A stretch of DNA of 64,000 nucleotides. Source: Octopus vulgaris (taxonomy: Eukaryota). The number at the start of each line of letters is the position of its first letter. The first letter of the stretch is position 1. Made by a program: the position numbers and the translations under genes. Under the pieces are notes generated by a model. That model saw only the letters and a list, made by a program, of their open reading frames with translations, searched no databases and had not been told where the DNA came from. This document shows positions 13,341 through 26,290 of the stretch, piece after piece. Location of the stretch: contig OX597818.1 of the NCBI GenBank assembly GCA_951406725.2, positions 49,166,001 through 49,230,000 on the forward strand. The letters are read 5' to 3'.

Positions 13341-13697
13341 CATCATCATCATCATCGTTTAACGTCCGCTTTCCATGCTAGCATGGGTTGGATGGTTTGA
13401 CTGTGGGCTGGCGAACCAGATGGCTGCACCAGGCTCCAATCTTGATCTGGCAGAGTTTCTACAGCTGGATGCCCTTCCTAACGCCAACCACTCCAAGAGT
13501 GTAGTGGATGCTTTCATGTGCCACCGGCATGGGGCCAGTCAGGCGGTACTGGCAACAACCTCGCTCAAATCTTTTACACATGCCACTGGCACGGGTGCCA
13601 GTAAGGCGATGCTGGTAACGATCACGCTCAGATGGTGTCTTTTACGTGCCACCGGCACGGAGGCCAGATAGCCGCTCTAGCAATGATCATGCTTGGA
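13341..13697 (-). mobile_element. Family C 3'UTR copy, 3 hairpin units, (GAT)n tail
   Basis: Shared core ggaagggcatccagctgtagaaac..ccatgctagcatggaaa. Confidence 0.8.
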
Positions 13698-14032
13698 TCC
13701 AGTATGTATTTATTAATTGCTTTTTACTTTATTGACCTTGGAACAATAAAAAGCAAAGTACACCTTGATGAGATTTGGGGACGAAACATAAAAAGGATTA
13801 ACCAAACACCACAAGGTATTTTGTTTGATATCATACTAATTTTGCCATCCGTCTATGATTGATTGGTGATAAATTTTGTCTTGTTTGGCTGTGACCACTA
13901 TGTGGACATTTGATCTTCTGGAAATAGCTGTCAGATTTCCTTGAAATTACATATGAAAGGATACATTAAATAATGTAGCCTTAGTTTTGCTATGTGGGGG
14001 GAAAAAGATAGATGTAATGACTATGGCTGGAA

Positions 14033-14531
14033 TCATCATCATGGCATGGTTGGACGGTTCAACTGGGGTCTGGGAAGCCAGAAGGCTGCACCAAACCCAG
14101 TCTGATCTGGCAATGTTTCTACGGCTGGATGCCTTTCCTAACGCCAACCACTCCATGAGTGTAGTGGGTGCTTTTTACCGGCATAGGTGCCAGACGAGGC
14201 TGGCAAACGGCCATGATCGGATGGTGCTTTTTATGTGCCACCGGCACAGAGGCCAGTCGGGGCGGTGCTGGCAACGGCCATGTTCGGATGGTTCTCTTAT
14301 GTGCCACCGACACTGGTATCATAGCTACAATTTCCATTGATGTTGATCGATTTTGATTTTGATTTTCACTTGCCTCAACAGGTCTTCACAAGTAGAATTT
14401 TGTGTCCCAAGAAGGAAAGGTATGCATAAGTGTACTGAGGCCACGGGTTATGGTCTCACTTGTCCTGCCGGGTCTTCTCACGCACAGCATACTTCCAAAG
14501 GTCTCGGTCTCTAGTCATTTCCTCGGTGAGA
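14033..14531 (-). mobile_element. Family C: RTE-like LINE 3' end with ORF terminus and long hairpin-repeat 3'UTR
   Basis: Minus 14530-14456 = LTEEMTRDRDLWKYAVREKTRQDK*, followed by the GTGCC..GGCAC repeat region and a (GAT)n tail. Confidence 0.75.
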
Positions 14532-15032
14532 CAATACACACTCATCAAATCCGACCTGGGAAGAGAAAAACAACAATTAGTGCTGAAAATAGTTTTAAAG
14601 GTGGTGCTCCAGTATGGCCACAGTCAAATGACTGAAACAAATAAAAGAGCATTGACGTAATAGCTTGAGTAAGAAAGGGGTAGAAATTCAGGAATCTGTT
14701 ATCTTTGTTGGAAGCAAAGAGTTTCTCTCATCATGAAAATGCCAGGCTGCTTGAAGAATGTGTAAGGAGCGTGTTGCTACATAGTAATGAGACCTTGGCA
14801 TTGGAAACAGAGAGTCTGCAGTGATGGAGAAAAGAACAGAACATCATGTGCAACGCTAATTATGCAGATGGGATATCTGCACTAGAATGGACATGTGATA
14901 TGAATGAAGATTGGATGCTGGGGCGGTTAAGATATGTTGTGTGTTCACAGTGGAAGGTTCCTGTAACAGAAGATTGTGCATGACACAGGCACACAGTGTT
15001 GTAGAAATACATCTTAACTAATATATATTAGT

Positions 15033-15620
15033 TAAGGCTGCGAGCTGGCAGAAATGTTAGCACGCCGGGCGAGATGCTTAGTGGTATTTCGTCTGTCGTC
15101 ACGTTCTGAGTTCAATTTCCGCCAAGGTCGACTTTGCCTTTCATCCTTTCGGGGTCGATAAATTAAGTACCAGTTACGCACTGGGGTCGATATAATCGAC
15201 TTAATCCATTTGTCTGTCCCCTCTGTGTTTAGCCCCTTGTGGGTAGTAAAGAAATGGGTATTTCGTCTGCCGTCACGTTCTGAGTTCAATTTCCGCCGAG
15301 GTCAACTTTGCCTTTCATCCTTTCAGGGTCGATAAATTAAGTACCAGTTACGCACTGGGGTCGATATTATCGACTTAATCCGTTTGTCTGTCCTTGTTTG
15401 TCCCCTCTGTGTTTAGCCCCTTGTGGGTAGTAAAGAAATATGTATTTCGTCTGTCGTCATGTTCTGAGTTCAAATTCCACCAAGGTCGTCTTTGCCTTTC
15501 ATCCTTTCAGGGTCGATAAATTAAGTACCAGTTACACACTAGGGTCGATATAATCGACTTAATCCGTTTGTCTGTCCCCTCTATGTTTAGCCCCTTGTTG
15601 GCAATAAAGAAATAAGAAAT
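15033..15620 (+). mobile_element. SINE-B trimer
   Basis: One head, three ~180-bp bodies. Confidence 0.88.
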
Positions 15621-15796
15621 ATATCTTGGAGAATATATGCTGAGATATTTCTTTCAGTGTTTTGAGTATTGTTATAATAGTAGTTAGTTGGTGTGAAGAG
15701 TAGACTTAGTGGGGTGAGATGAATTGATGTAATAATATTTATCACTATAATTATAAAATATTAAAACATTAAGTATTGGTACAAATTATCAGTTTA

Positions 15797-16030
15797 TACT
15801 CTTTTACTCTTTTAATTGTTTCAGTCATTTGACTACGGCCATGCTGGAGCACCGCCTTTAGTCAAGCAAATCGACCCCAGGACTTATTCTTTGTAAGTCT
15901 AGTACTTATTTTATCAGTCTATTTTGCTGAACTGCTAAGTTACAGGGATGTAAACACACTGACATTGGTTGTCAAGTGATGTTGAGGGGGACAAACACAG
16001 ACACATAAACATATACACACACACACATGC

Positions 16031-16076
<46 letters not shown>

Positions 16077-16236
16077 CGGGCTTCTTCCAGTTTCCGTCTA
16101 CCAGATCCACTCACAAGGCTTTGGTCGGCCCGAGGCTATAGTAGAAGACACTTGCCCAAGGTGCCATGCAGTGGGACTGAACCCAGAACCATGTGGTTGG
16201 TAAGCAAGCTACTTACCACACAGCCACTCCTACACC
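15797..16236 (-). mobile_element. SINE-A
   Basis: Full-length match. Confidence 0.88.
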
Positions 16237-16321
16237 TATATGTACATCATGTGTGTGTGTCTTGTGTCTGTGTTTGTCCCCACCTCCACCACCACCACTT
16301 GACAACTGGTGTTGGTATATT

Positions 16322-16560
16322 TAAGGCGGCGAGCTGGCAGAAACGTTAGCACACCGGATGAAATGCTTAGCGGTATTTCGTCTGCTGCTACATTCTGAGT
16401 TCAAATTCCGCCTAGGTCGACTTTGCCTTTCATCTTTTCGGGGTCGATTAAATAAGTACCAGTTACACACTGGGGTCGATATAATCGACATAATCCGTTT
16501 GTCTGTCTTTGTTTGTTCTCTCTGTGTTTAGCCCCTTGTGGGTAGTAAAGAAATAGGTAT
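16322..16560 (+). mobile_element. SINE-B inserted in an old SINE-A
   Basis: Family match; short TSD-like ggtatattt on both sides. Confidence 0.82.
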
Positions 16561-17022
16561 ATTTGCGTCTCTGTAACTTAGCATCTCAACAAGATTGACT
16601 GATAGATTAAGTACCAAGCTCCCCCCCCCCAGGTACTGGGGCTGATTTGTGATTTTTTGACTAAAAATTCTTCAAGGCACAGTGCTGCAGCTTCACTGCA
16701 GTCTAATGACAAAAACAAGTAAAATACAAAATATAAACAACTCCTCTCTGATATTTAGACATCTAATTTGTCATTCTATATTCTTACAAGTCCCTTCCAC
16801 CTTTTATTTCTTCCTAAGCCATCTGACATAACAGTAGCATCATCCTTTGAAAGCTTTATTTAGGTCAACAAGGAAATGGCATATCTGGCTCTTTTATTTA
16901 TTGTTCCAGCTGTTTCACTTAAGAAAAGGACAACTATGTTTTTTTTTTTTTATTTTATTAATCTTTGTTTGATGCTTTTCTTTTGTCTTTGATTCAGTTA
17001 TTCTTCATTTTTCCCCCCTTAA

Positions 17023-17243
17023 CCCTTCCGTTTCTGTATTTATTTTGAGGTGTTCTGTGCTTCTTTCAATTACTTCAAATATATCAAAGGATTTAGTAAA
17101 GTAACCTAATTATCATTAAGCTAGTGTTAGGAACATAAATTGTGACTAAGGTTTGGTGGAAGATTTTAATTCAAAACTTATGAAAACAAGGCATTTGTAC
17201 TACAGAGCCAGAGCTGGTTTCAGTCGGGTTTGTAACGAAAGGG
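17023..17243 (+). mobile_element. piggyBac-like TTAA MITE family 1
   Basis: TTAA TSD, CCC..GGG ends; the same ~220-bp body recurs at 34369, 38702, 46062 and 56892. Confidence 0.8.
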
Positions 17244-17300
17244 TTAATATCTTTGCTACATGGTATATTATAGCTTACCCTCCTCTAGCTATAGTATATA

Positions 17301-17867
17301 TTGGGTTGTCCGGAAAGTTTGTGCCGATTTATAGTAGCTTATCTTTCGACTTACTTTAGAACATAGTTGAGTCCATAAAATAGGATTTAACTACACCTCC
17401 ATTTAGAGCAGAGTTTAAGCTATCTTTTCGTGGAAGAAGGTTTATGTTCCTATAACCTGTGTTAATTCTGTAACCCTTTAAAATGGAAGATAAGAAAGTT
17501 CCTTTTTGGCACTTGATGCTTTGGGAACCAGAGAAAAATTGCTGCAGCTTGGCTGGGATGTGTTACCCCACCCTCCATATTCACCAGATATTGCTCCTTC
17601 AGATTTCCACTTATTCAGGTCTCTGGAGAATAGTCTTAATGGTAAAAATTTCAATTTCTTAGATGACATACAAAGATACCTTGATAAATTCTTTGCCATG
17701 AAACCACCTCAATTCTGGGAAGAGGGTATTTTCAAGTTAAAGGGAAAGATGGAGACGCATTGTGCAACAAAATGGTTCATATTTGGTTGATTTAAAATGT
17801 AATGGCAAGTATTTATTGACCTTTTTCTTTCCTTTAAAAACTAGGACGAACTTTCCAGACAACCCAA
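17301..17867 (+). mobile_element. Internally deleted mariner (mellifera-like) transposon
   Basis: TA TSDs; TIRs ttgggttgtccggaaagtttgt / acgaactttccagacaacccaa; N-terminus MEDKKVPFWHLMLW (ATG 17483) fused to C-terminus HPPYSPDIAPSDFHLFRSL. Confidence 0.92.
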
Positions 17868-18879
17868 TACATGGTCTGTTATAGTTTACCCCACCCAACT
17901 ACAATATATGAGGAAGGGGTTGTGTCAACTATTTATCTTTGTGGCAATGTAAGTTAACTATGGTACTGATTTCCTGAGTAACAGGTGTAAAAGTTTCTGG
18001 CATTCACTCCTTCCAGCTTCATTTTTCTTTTTTCAGGAACATTTGAAGAATAATTTCCCTGTAGAATTTTACTAAAAGTATTTATTTGCCAACTTCATGG
18101 TAGCTTTTAAATACATCACAGCTCTTTGTCCTTCCCTTTATATTTTCATTCTTTATTGAGTTTGAAGATGCTCCTTTGGGTTATAACTGTGGGATTGGCA
18201 TAAATAGTTTGCTTCACAATGAGATATGGCAATCTGCAAGGGTAAATTCCTCAATAGATAAACTTAGTTTATTTAATACGAAAGATGGAGTAAACACTAC
18301 TGTTTTCAAATTTTAACATAAAACCAGTAATTTTGTGGAAAGGGGTTAAGTCAATTCCATTGACCCCAGTGTTCAATTGGTATTTATTTTATCACCCCTG
18401 AAATAATGGAAGGGCAAAGTCAACCTCAGAAGAATTTGAACTCAGAACATAGAAATGGACAAAATGCCAAGCATTTTGTGCTAACAAATTACATCCTACC
18501 TAAGGGAGAACACATCAGACAATGTATTCCTAAACACTCCTAAAAAGATGGGATGGTTGCTGCTGGTATGCCTTTGATTATAGGTTGGAAACTGAAAGAA
18601 GCCCATTATGTATATATGTGTGTGTGTGTGTGTGGCTGTGTTTGTTCCCCCACAATCGCTTGACAACTGATGCTGGTGTGTTTACGTCCCCGTAACTTAG
18701 CAGTTCGGCAAAAGTGCTGCTAGAATAAGTACTAAGCTTACAAAGAATAAGTTCTGGGGTTGATTTGTTCGACTAAAGGTGGTGCTCCAGCATGGCCGCA
18801 GTCAAGTGACTGAAACAAGTAAAAGAAGAAAAGAATACACACATCAGCACAGATTCATACATACACATATCTGAAAGCA

Positions 18880-18949
<70 letters not shown>

Positions 18950-18960
18950 CTCACATATAA

Positions 18961-19233
18961 TGAATATGAGCCTTTGAGGGAGCCCTTATGCAGCCACTTG
19001 TCTTGTTAGAAATAGCAGCCAAATCTTTCTTGACTCACACCCTACCTAAATAGTGAATATGAGCCTTTGAGGGAGCCCTTATGCAGCCACTTGTCTTGTT
19101 AGAAATAGCAGCCAAATCTTTCTTGACTCACACCCTACCTAAATAGTGAATATGAGCCTTTGAGGGAGCCCTTATGCAGCCACTTGTCTTGTTAGAAATA
19201 GCAGCCAAATCTTTCTTGACTCACACCCTACCT
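18961..19233. repeat. Perfect 93-bp tandem triplication
   Basis: Unit starts at 18961, 19054 and 19147 appear identical. Confidence 0.9.
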
Positions 19234-19807
19234 GAAGGAGAACACATCAGACAATGTAGTCTTAAACACTTCTAAAAAGATGGGATGGTCACTGATAATA
19301 AGTTTGCTGAATCACAGTTGACCTTCGGCTAAACAACAAAAACAACAACAACAGTGAATTTAACTATGGATGGGTGTGATTCATACAGGAGTGAAGAATA
19401 AATATTTGTATCATTCTGTTTTGTAATATTATACTTCAGCAACATCTTTGTGTATTCCTTCTATAATCACATTTTCCTTGTTTCTAACTGAATATATTTT
19501 ATTCTCTTATGTGTATGGATGTTGGCATTCTATGTTTATCATAGAATGCTAACATCCATGATAAAGAAATGATGATGCTAATGACACTCCTTGCTGACAT
19601 TATAACCAATCACTTACCATAAACACACACACACCATAGGCTTCTGCACAGTTTCTGTTTACCAAGTTTACTCACAAGTTGTTTGTCGGCTTTGGGGGCT
19701 ATAATAGAAGATACTTGCCCAAGGTGCCACCCAGTGGGACTGAACCTGAAATCATGTGGTTGTAAAGTAGTCTTGTTCTTAACCACACAGCACATGCTTC
19801 TATGCCT

Positions 19808-20178
19808 ATACTCTTTTTGCTCTTTTACTTGTTTCAATCATTTGACTGCGGCCATGCTGGAGCACCGCCTTTAGTCGAGCAAATCAACCCCAAGACTTAT
19901 TCTTTGTAAGCCTAGTACTTATTCTATAGGTCTCTTTTGCCGAACCGCTAAGTTAAGGGGATGTAAACACACCAGCATCAGTTGTCAAGCGATGTAGAGG
20001 GGACAAACACAAACAAATACACACGCACGCACGCGATGGGCTTCAGTTTCTGTCTAGCAAATCTACTCACAAAGCTTTGGTTGGCCCGATGCTATAGAAG
20101 AAGACACTTGCCCAAGGTGCTACGCAGTGGGACTGAACCTGGAACCATGTGGCTGGTAAGCAAACTATTTACCACACT
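19808..20178 (-). mobile_element. SINE-A
   Basis: Near full-length match. Confidence 0.85.
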
Positions 20179-20835
20179 GTTTTCTTTTTGGGTGGGGGAA
20201 TTAATAATAATTATTTTTTGCCTGACTTAGTCAGAAGAAGAAAAGCACTGTCCAAGACCTTTTCAAAGACTCTGTGTTTGGTAAAGGAAGTCATCCTCTG
20301 ACCATAACCTGGCCCAACTGCTTGCATCAGAGCATACTCTGCTTGAGGCACTCCAGGGGTGCCATTTTGGTGCTGCCTATTTGGTGTCACTAAGTCGATG
20401 CTGACATGAGCTGTTTTGTTTCTCTCAATCTCTCTCTCTCATTCTCTCTGTGTTTCTGTGCACATACCAAGATGTACTGTCACAAAAACAGGTTTTAAAC
20501 GTCCAGTCAACCATGCCAAATTGCCAGCATCCAGACAGCTGTGCCTAATTGTCCCATTCCAATTTCACCGAGGGGCCAAGCAACAAATGAAGTGTACCAC
20601 CCCAGAACAAAAATTCATTCTTCCAATGATTTTTCACCCAATTTCCCGCCAATAATTTTCACTCATAAAGCTTTCATTGACCTGAGGTTTTAGCAGAAGA
20701 CCCTTGTTCCAAGGTGCCTGAAAGTGAAATTTAACTTGAAATCATGTAGTAATGAACTGAACATCTAAATATGACTTTAAAAAAATCAGCATAGTTTATC
20801 TATTTTTTTCGTGTGTTTGTAAGAATTTACAAAAG

Positions 20836-21576
20836 TGCAGGAGTGGCTCTGTGGTAAGTAGCTTGTTTACCAACCACATGGTTCTGGGTTCAGTCCCCCT
20901 GCGTGGCACCTTGGGCAAGTGTCTCCTACTATAGCCTCGGGCCGACCAAAGCCTTGTGAGTGGATTTGGTAGACGGAAACTGAAAGAAGCCTGTCGTATA
21001 TATGTATATATATATATATGTATGCGTGTGTGTGTTTGTGTGTCTGTGTTTGTCCCCCTAGCATTGCTTGACAACCGATGCTGGTGTGTTTATGTCCCCG
21101 TTACTTAGCGGTTCGGTAAAAGAGATCGATAGAATAAGTACTGGGCTTACAAAAGAATAAGTCTCAGGTTCGAGTTGCTGGATTAAAGGCGGTGCTCTAG
21201 CATGGCCACAGGCAAAATGGCACCTTGGGCAAGTGTCTTCTACTATAGCCTCGGGCCGACCAAAGCCTTGTGAGTGGATTTGGTAGACGGAAACTGACAG
21301 AAGCCTGTCGTATATATGTATGTATATATATATGTATGTATGCGTGTGTGTGTTTGTGTGTCTGTGTTTGTCCCCCAACATTGCTTGACAACCGATCAAT
21401 GCTGGTGTGTTTATGTCCCCGTTACTTAGCAGTTTGGCAAAAGAGATCGATAGAATAAGTACTGGGCTTACAAAAGAATAAGTCCCGGGGGTTGAGTTGC
21501 TTGATTAAAGGCAGTGCTCCAGCATGGCCTGCAATCAAAAATGACTGGAACAAGTAAAAAAAGTAAAAAAAGTAAA
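20836..21576 (+). mobile_element. SINE-A tandem dimer (second copy headless)
   Basis: Body repeated from ~21218; both copies share variants such as gagatcgatag and actgggcttac. Confidence 0.85.
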
Positions 21577-22037
21577 ATTCTCAATCTGTGTTATTTACAA
21601 ATATTTTTTATCTTCACGAGAATTCCTCTCTGAGCTGGTTTATCTCTCTCCATCCTTCTGGTGACTTCTTCATTTCAATGAAATTTTTTTTTTTTTTTCC
21701 TTTTTTTTTATTTATTTTTTTTTTTATTTTATTTTTTTTGTTGATAATTGTGTTTCATAAATGATCAACATGTAGTGGGAGTGAATGGAGGGAAGCATTT
21801 AGCTTTAAACAGTTTGGAACAACATTCTTGCCTCTTCCTCCCCTTCCTCCCTTCTCCTTCCTTCCTCCCTTCTCCTTCCTTCCTCTCATCATACTCCATC
21901 CTCGCATCCCCCCCCCCCCGTTTTCCACAGCCCCAGCCTCTTCTCCTACCCCGCCACCACTTCCATTTCTCCCTTCTTACTTCATCCTTTATCCTTCACT
22001 CCATCCATCTTTCCTCCCCTACTGCCCCTTCTCTCAA

Positions 22038-22606
22038 TCTTCTTCTTCTTCGTCTTCTTCTTCATCATCTTCTTCTTATTTTTTGTCTTCTTTTTTGTCT
22101 TCTTTTTTTCTTCTTCTTTTTCGTCTTCTTCTTCATCTTTTTTTTGTCTTTTTCGTCTTCTTTTTTGTCTTCTTCTTCTTCTTCTTCTTCTTCTTCTTCT
22201 TCTTCTTCTTCTTCTTCTTCTTCTTCTTCTTCTTCTTCTTTTTCTTCTTTTTCTTTTTCTTCTTCTTTTTCTTCTTCTTCTTCTTCTTCTTCTTCTTCTT
22301 CTTCTTCTTCTTCTTCTTCTTCTTCTTTTTCTTCGTCTTCTTCTTTTTCTTCGTCTTCTTCTTCGTCTTCTTCTTTTTCTTCGTCTTCTTCTTTTTCTTC
22401 ATCTTCTTCTTTTTCTTCGTCTTCTTTTTCTTCTTCTTTGCCTTCTTCTTCTTTGCCTTCTTCGTCTTCTTTTTCTTCTTCTTTGCCTTCTTCTTCTTTG
22501 CCTTCTTCGTCTTCTTCTTCTTCGTCTTCTTCTTCTTCGTCTTCTTCTTTGTCTTCTTCGTCTTCTTCTTTGTCTTCTTCTTCGTCTCCTCCTCCTCCTC
22601 CTTCTA
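22038..22606. repeat. Compound (TTC)n microsatellite
   Basis: Direct reading; preceded by a pyrimidine-rich tract. Confidence 0.95.
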
Positions 22607-23090
22607 ACATGGCATAAATAAATGGATCTTGACTGAGCATGAACCTGTAGGAAGGAGTTGATAGGGGTGGGGTTGGGTGGATACTTGCCCTTGGTGGCCT
22701 GGGTAATCCAAGATTTGTTAGGGTTTCCTTGATTGACTGAGGTAGCTGTCCCCTACTATTGAGGAATGTTGTTTTGTTAAAATTTTCTTTTCTTTTATTA
22801 TTTTTTCTCTCTATTCTTGTCTTATCTACTGAACTCGCTTCCCTTTGAAATTTTCCTTGCAAATAAAATAAAGAATTATTAGTATTAATTATTCTATGTC
22901 AACTTTGACTTTCATACCCCCACCCCGTCATCATCCTCATCAGCATAATCTTCGCCATCATCATCATAATCAGCATCACCATCAGCAGCAGCACATCCTC
23001 ATGGACATTTCTGTCTCAAGTCTTGGGATTCATAGGCCCAGTTACTCAGTTTCTATAGCATATGAATAACTGGAATCACAACATTCCCCT

Positions 23091-23304
23091 TGTTGTTGTT
23101 GTTGTTAAGCAACAAGCCGGGTAAGGGTGATTAGGTGATGGTCTAGGGCTTAGGGGAAGAAGACCCCAGACCTTGGGAAAAAAAAAAAACTTTGGTCATC
23201 TTGTTGTAGTCGAGGGCTCTTCGTTGACGCCCGACACCACTGGGAGGTGGCCCTCGAAGTCACTGGAAATGGAGATCTCCAGGTCTAAATTCTTGAACGG
23301 CCAG
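23091..23304 (-). mobile_element. 5'-truncated retroposon with (AAC)n tail
   Basis: 9-bp TSD cattcccct (23082-23090 / 23305-23313); interrupts an older SINE. Confidence 0.65.
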
Positions 23305-23742
23305 CATTCCCCTCGAACAGGATGGTAACCAGTTGCGGGGTCACTCAATTATAGTTGAGTGGACTGGGGTGATGGACCAAAGTGCTTTTTGCTCCAGGAC
23401 ACAAGTGCTCAATTGGGAACTTGAAACCATGATCTTGCAATTGTGAGTGCAACACCCTAATCATTAGGCCCTGTACCTTTTTTCATCTCTCTGGGGTGGA
23501 TAAAACGAAGTACCACTCAAGTACTGAAGTCAGGAGTATCAATTCCTACCCTTTTTTCACCGTTACTGACATTGTGCCTAAATCAGAAACAACTATGGCC
23601 AGTGGGTTGGCAGAATTGTTAGATCATCATCATCACCATCATTTAATGCCTATTTTCCATGCTGGCATGGGTTGGACAGTTTGACAGCTGCCAGGGCTCC
23701 ATGTCTATTTTGGCGTGGTTTCAATGGCTGAATACCCTTCCT

Positions 23743-24529
23743 CAGGGTCAGATTTAGACCCATTGAGGCCCTAAGCACTTCAAAGATTTTGGTGCCACTA
23801 TATTCTTTATCCTTTTATTTGTTTCAGTTATTTGACTGCAGCTATTCTGGAGCACCACCTTTTAATTGAGCAAATCAACCCCAGGACTTATTCTTTGTAA
23901 GCCTAGTACTTATTCTATCGGTCTCTTTTGCCGAACCGCTAAGTTAAACACACCAACATCAGTTGTCAAATGATGGTGGTAGTGGACAAACACACACACA
24001 CACACACACACATACACACACATGACGGGCTTCTTTCAGTTTCCGTCTACCAAATCCACTCACAAGACTTTGGTTGGCCCGAGGCTAGAGTAGAAGGCAC
24101 TTGCCCAAGGTGCCACGCAGTGGGACTGAACTCGGAATCGTGTGGTTGGTAAGCAAACTACTTACCACACAGCCACTCCTGCACCTATATATATGTAATT
24201 CAAAATTTAAACAATAACAAGCCATAAAATTATTATTTTTTTTGTTTTGTTTTCAAAATGAAACAAAACTAAGAGTAAGATGAGAGAAAAATGTTTATTT
24301 TATCTTTTTATGCTTCCACTTTATATTTCAAAACTTTTCTACCTTTTTTCTAATTGTAAAGTTTTTCAATCAAATCCTCACTATGACACTGTGAACACTT
24401 TGAAATTATTTTTGCAAGTTTAAAGTGATTTCTTTTGTGCTGTAGACTATTTACCATCTCTCTGATGCCACCACTCCCTTTGATGCCCTAAGCATGTGCT
24501 TATTTTGCTTAATGGTTAATCCAGCGCTG
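23743..24529. mobile_element. hAT-like MITE containing a SINE-A copy
   Basis: 8-bp TSD cccttcct/tccttcct; CAG..CTG termini (cagggtcagattta / taatccagcgctg). Confidence 0.7.
23803..24186 (-). mobile_element. SINE-A inside hAT MITE
   Basis: Full-length match. Confidence 0.85.
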
Positions 24530-24668
24530 TCCTTCCTAATGCCTTTCAACCTTTTCAGTGAAGATAAACAAAGTACTACTTGAGCAATAAGGTCGGTGTG
24601 ATCAACTAGCTCACCCCCACCAAAAAAAAAAAAGTTCAGACCTTGTGCTTATAGTAGAAAGGACTATT

Positions 24669-25650
24669 AGGTGGTGAGCTGGCAGAATTGTTAGCACACA
24701 GGGCGAAATGCATAGTGGTATTTTGTCTGTCTTTACATTCTGAGTTCAAATTCTGTCAAGGTTGACTTTGCCTTTCATCCTTTCGGGGTCGATAAATTAA
24801 GTACCAATTGCATACTGGGGGTCAATCAAATCGACTGGCCCCTCTCTTGAAATTTTGGGCCTTGTGCCTGGAGTAGAAAAAAAAATGTTTAGCAGTATTT
24901 TGTCTGTCATCATGTTCTGAGTTCAAATTCTGCCAAGGTTGACTTGGCCTTTCATCCTTTTGGAGTTGATAAACTAAGTACCAGTTGCATACTGGGATCA
25001 ATCTAGTTGACTGGCACCCTCTCCAAAAATTTTGGGCCTTGTGCTTAAAGTAGGAAAAAAAATAATGTTTAGCAGTATTTTCTGTCATCATGTTCTGAGT
25101 TCAAATTTCACCAAGATAGACTTTGCTTTTCATCCTTTCGGGGTTGATAAATTAAGTACCAGTTGCATACTGGGGTCAATCCCTCCCCCAAAATTTCAGG
25201 CCTTGTGCTTATAGCAGAAAGGATTATTATTATTATTAAGATAGCGAGCTGGCAGAATCATTTACATGCTTAACTGCATTTTGTCTGGTTCTTTACATTT
25301 AGAGTTCAAATTCCACTGAGGTCGACTTTTCCTTTCATACCTTGGGAATTGATAAGTATTAGGGTTTAACACTGTCCCCTTAAAATTTCTGGCCATGTGC
25401 CAAAATTTTAAATCATTATTTATTTCTTTATTGCCCACAGGTGGCTAAACATAGAAGGGACAAACAAGGACAGACCAAAGGATTAAGTTGATTACTTCGA
25501 CCCCAGTGCATAACTGGTACTTATTTAATCGACCCTGAAAGGATGAAAGGCAAAATCGACCTTGGTGGAATTTGAACTCAGAGCGTAACGGCAGATGAAA
25601 TGCCACTAAGCATTTCGCCTGGCATGCTAATGATTCTACCATCTCGCCAC
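24669..25650. mobile_element. Cluster of SINE-B copies (variant-tail trimer on +, then + and - copies)
   Basis: Repeated central domain. Confidence 0.8.
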
Positions 25651-25764
25651 TCTCATTAAAGCAGATTTTGCTAGATATTTTAAATCATTATTATTACCAA
25701 TATCAACCAACCAGCAATTTATTTTCACCTTAGTTTGTCTTGAGTTTCATTTCATACTCTCCAA

Positions 25765-25784
25765 GTTCTTCTTCCACTTCTTCC

Positions 25785-25815
<31 letters not shown>

Positions 25816-26102
25816 CTTCTTCTTCTTCTTTTTCTCCTTCCTCTTCTTCCACTTCTTCCACTTCTTCTTCCACTTCTTCTTCTTCCACCACTTCTTCCAC
25901 TTCTTCCACTTCTTCTTCTTCTGCTTCTTCTTCTTCCACTTCTTCTTCTTCCGCTTCTTCTTCTTCCACTTCTTTTTCTTCTTCTTCTTCCACTTCTTCT
26001 TCCACTTCTTCCACTTCTTCCACTTCTTCCATTTCTTCTTCTTCCACTTCTTCCACTTCTTCTTCTTCCACTTCTTCTTCTTCTTCTTCTTCGTCTTCTA
26101 CC

Positions 26103-26133
<31 letters not shown>

Positions 26134-26290
26134 CTTCTTCTTCTTCTTCTTCTTCTTCCTTCGTCTTCTTCTTCTTCCTTCGTCTTCTTCTTCTTCTTTC
26201 TTCTTCTTCTTCCTTCGTCTTCTTCTTCTTCCTTCGTCTTCTTCTTCTTCCTTCTTCTTCGTCTTTGTCTTCTTCTTCTTCCTCCTCCAC
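25765..26290. repeat. Compound (TTC)n/(TCCACT) microsatellite
   Basis: Direct reading. Confidence 0.95.

Noticed and set aside
21748-22862. Long poly-Ser/Phe/Glu/Lys ORFs
   Set aside because: Translations of a (TTC)n microsatellite, open in several frames, with no splice or domain support.
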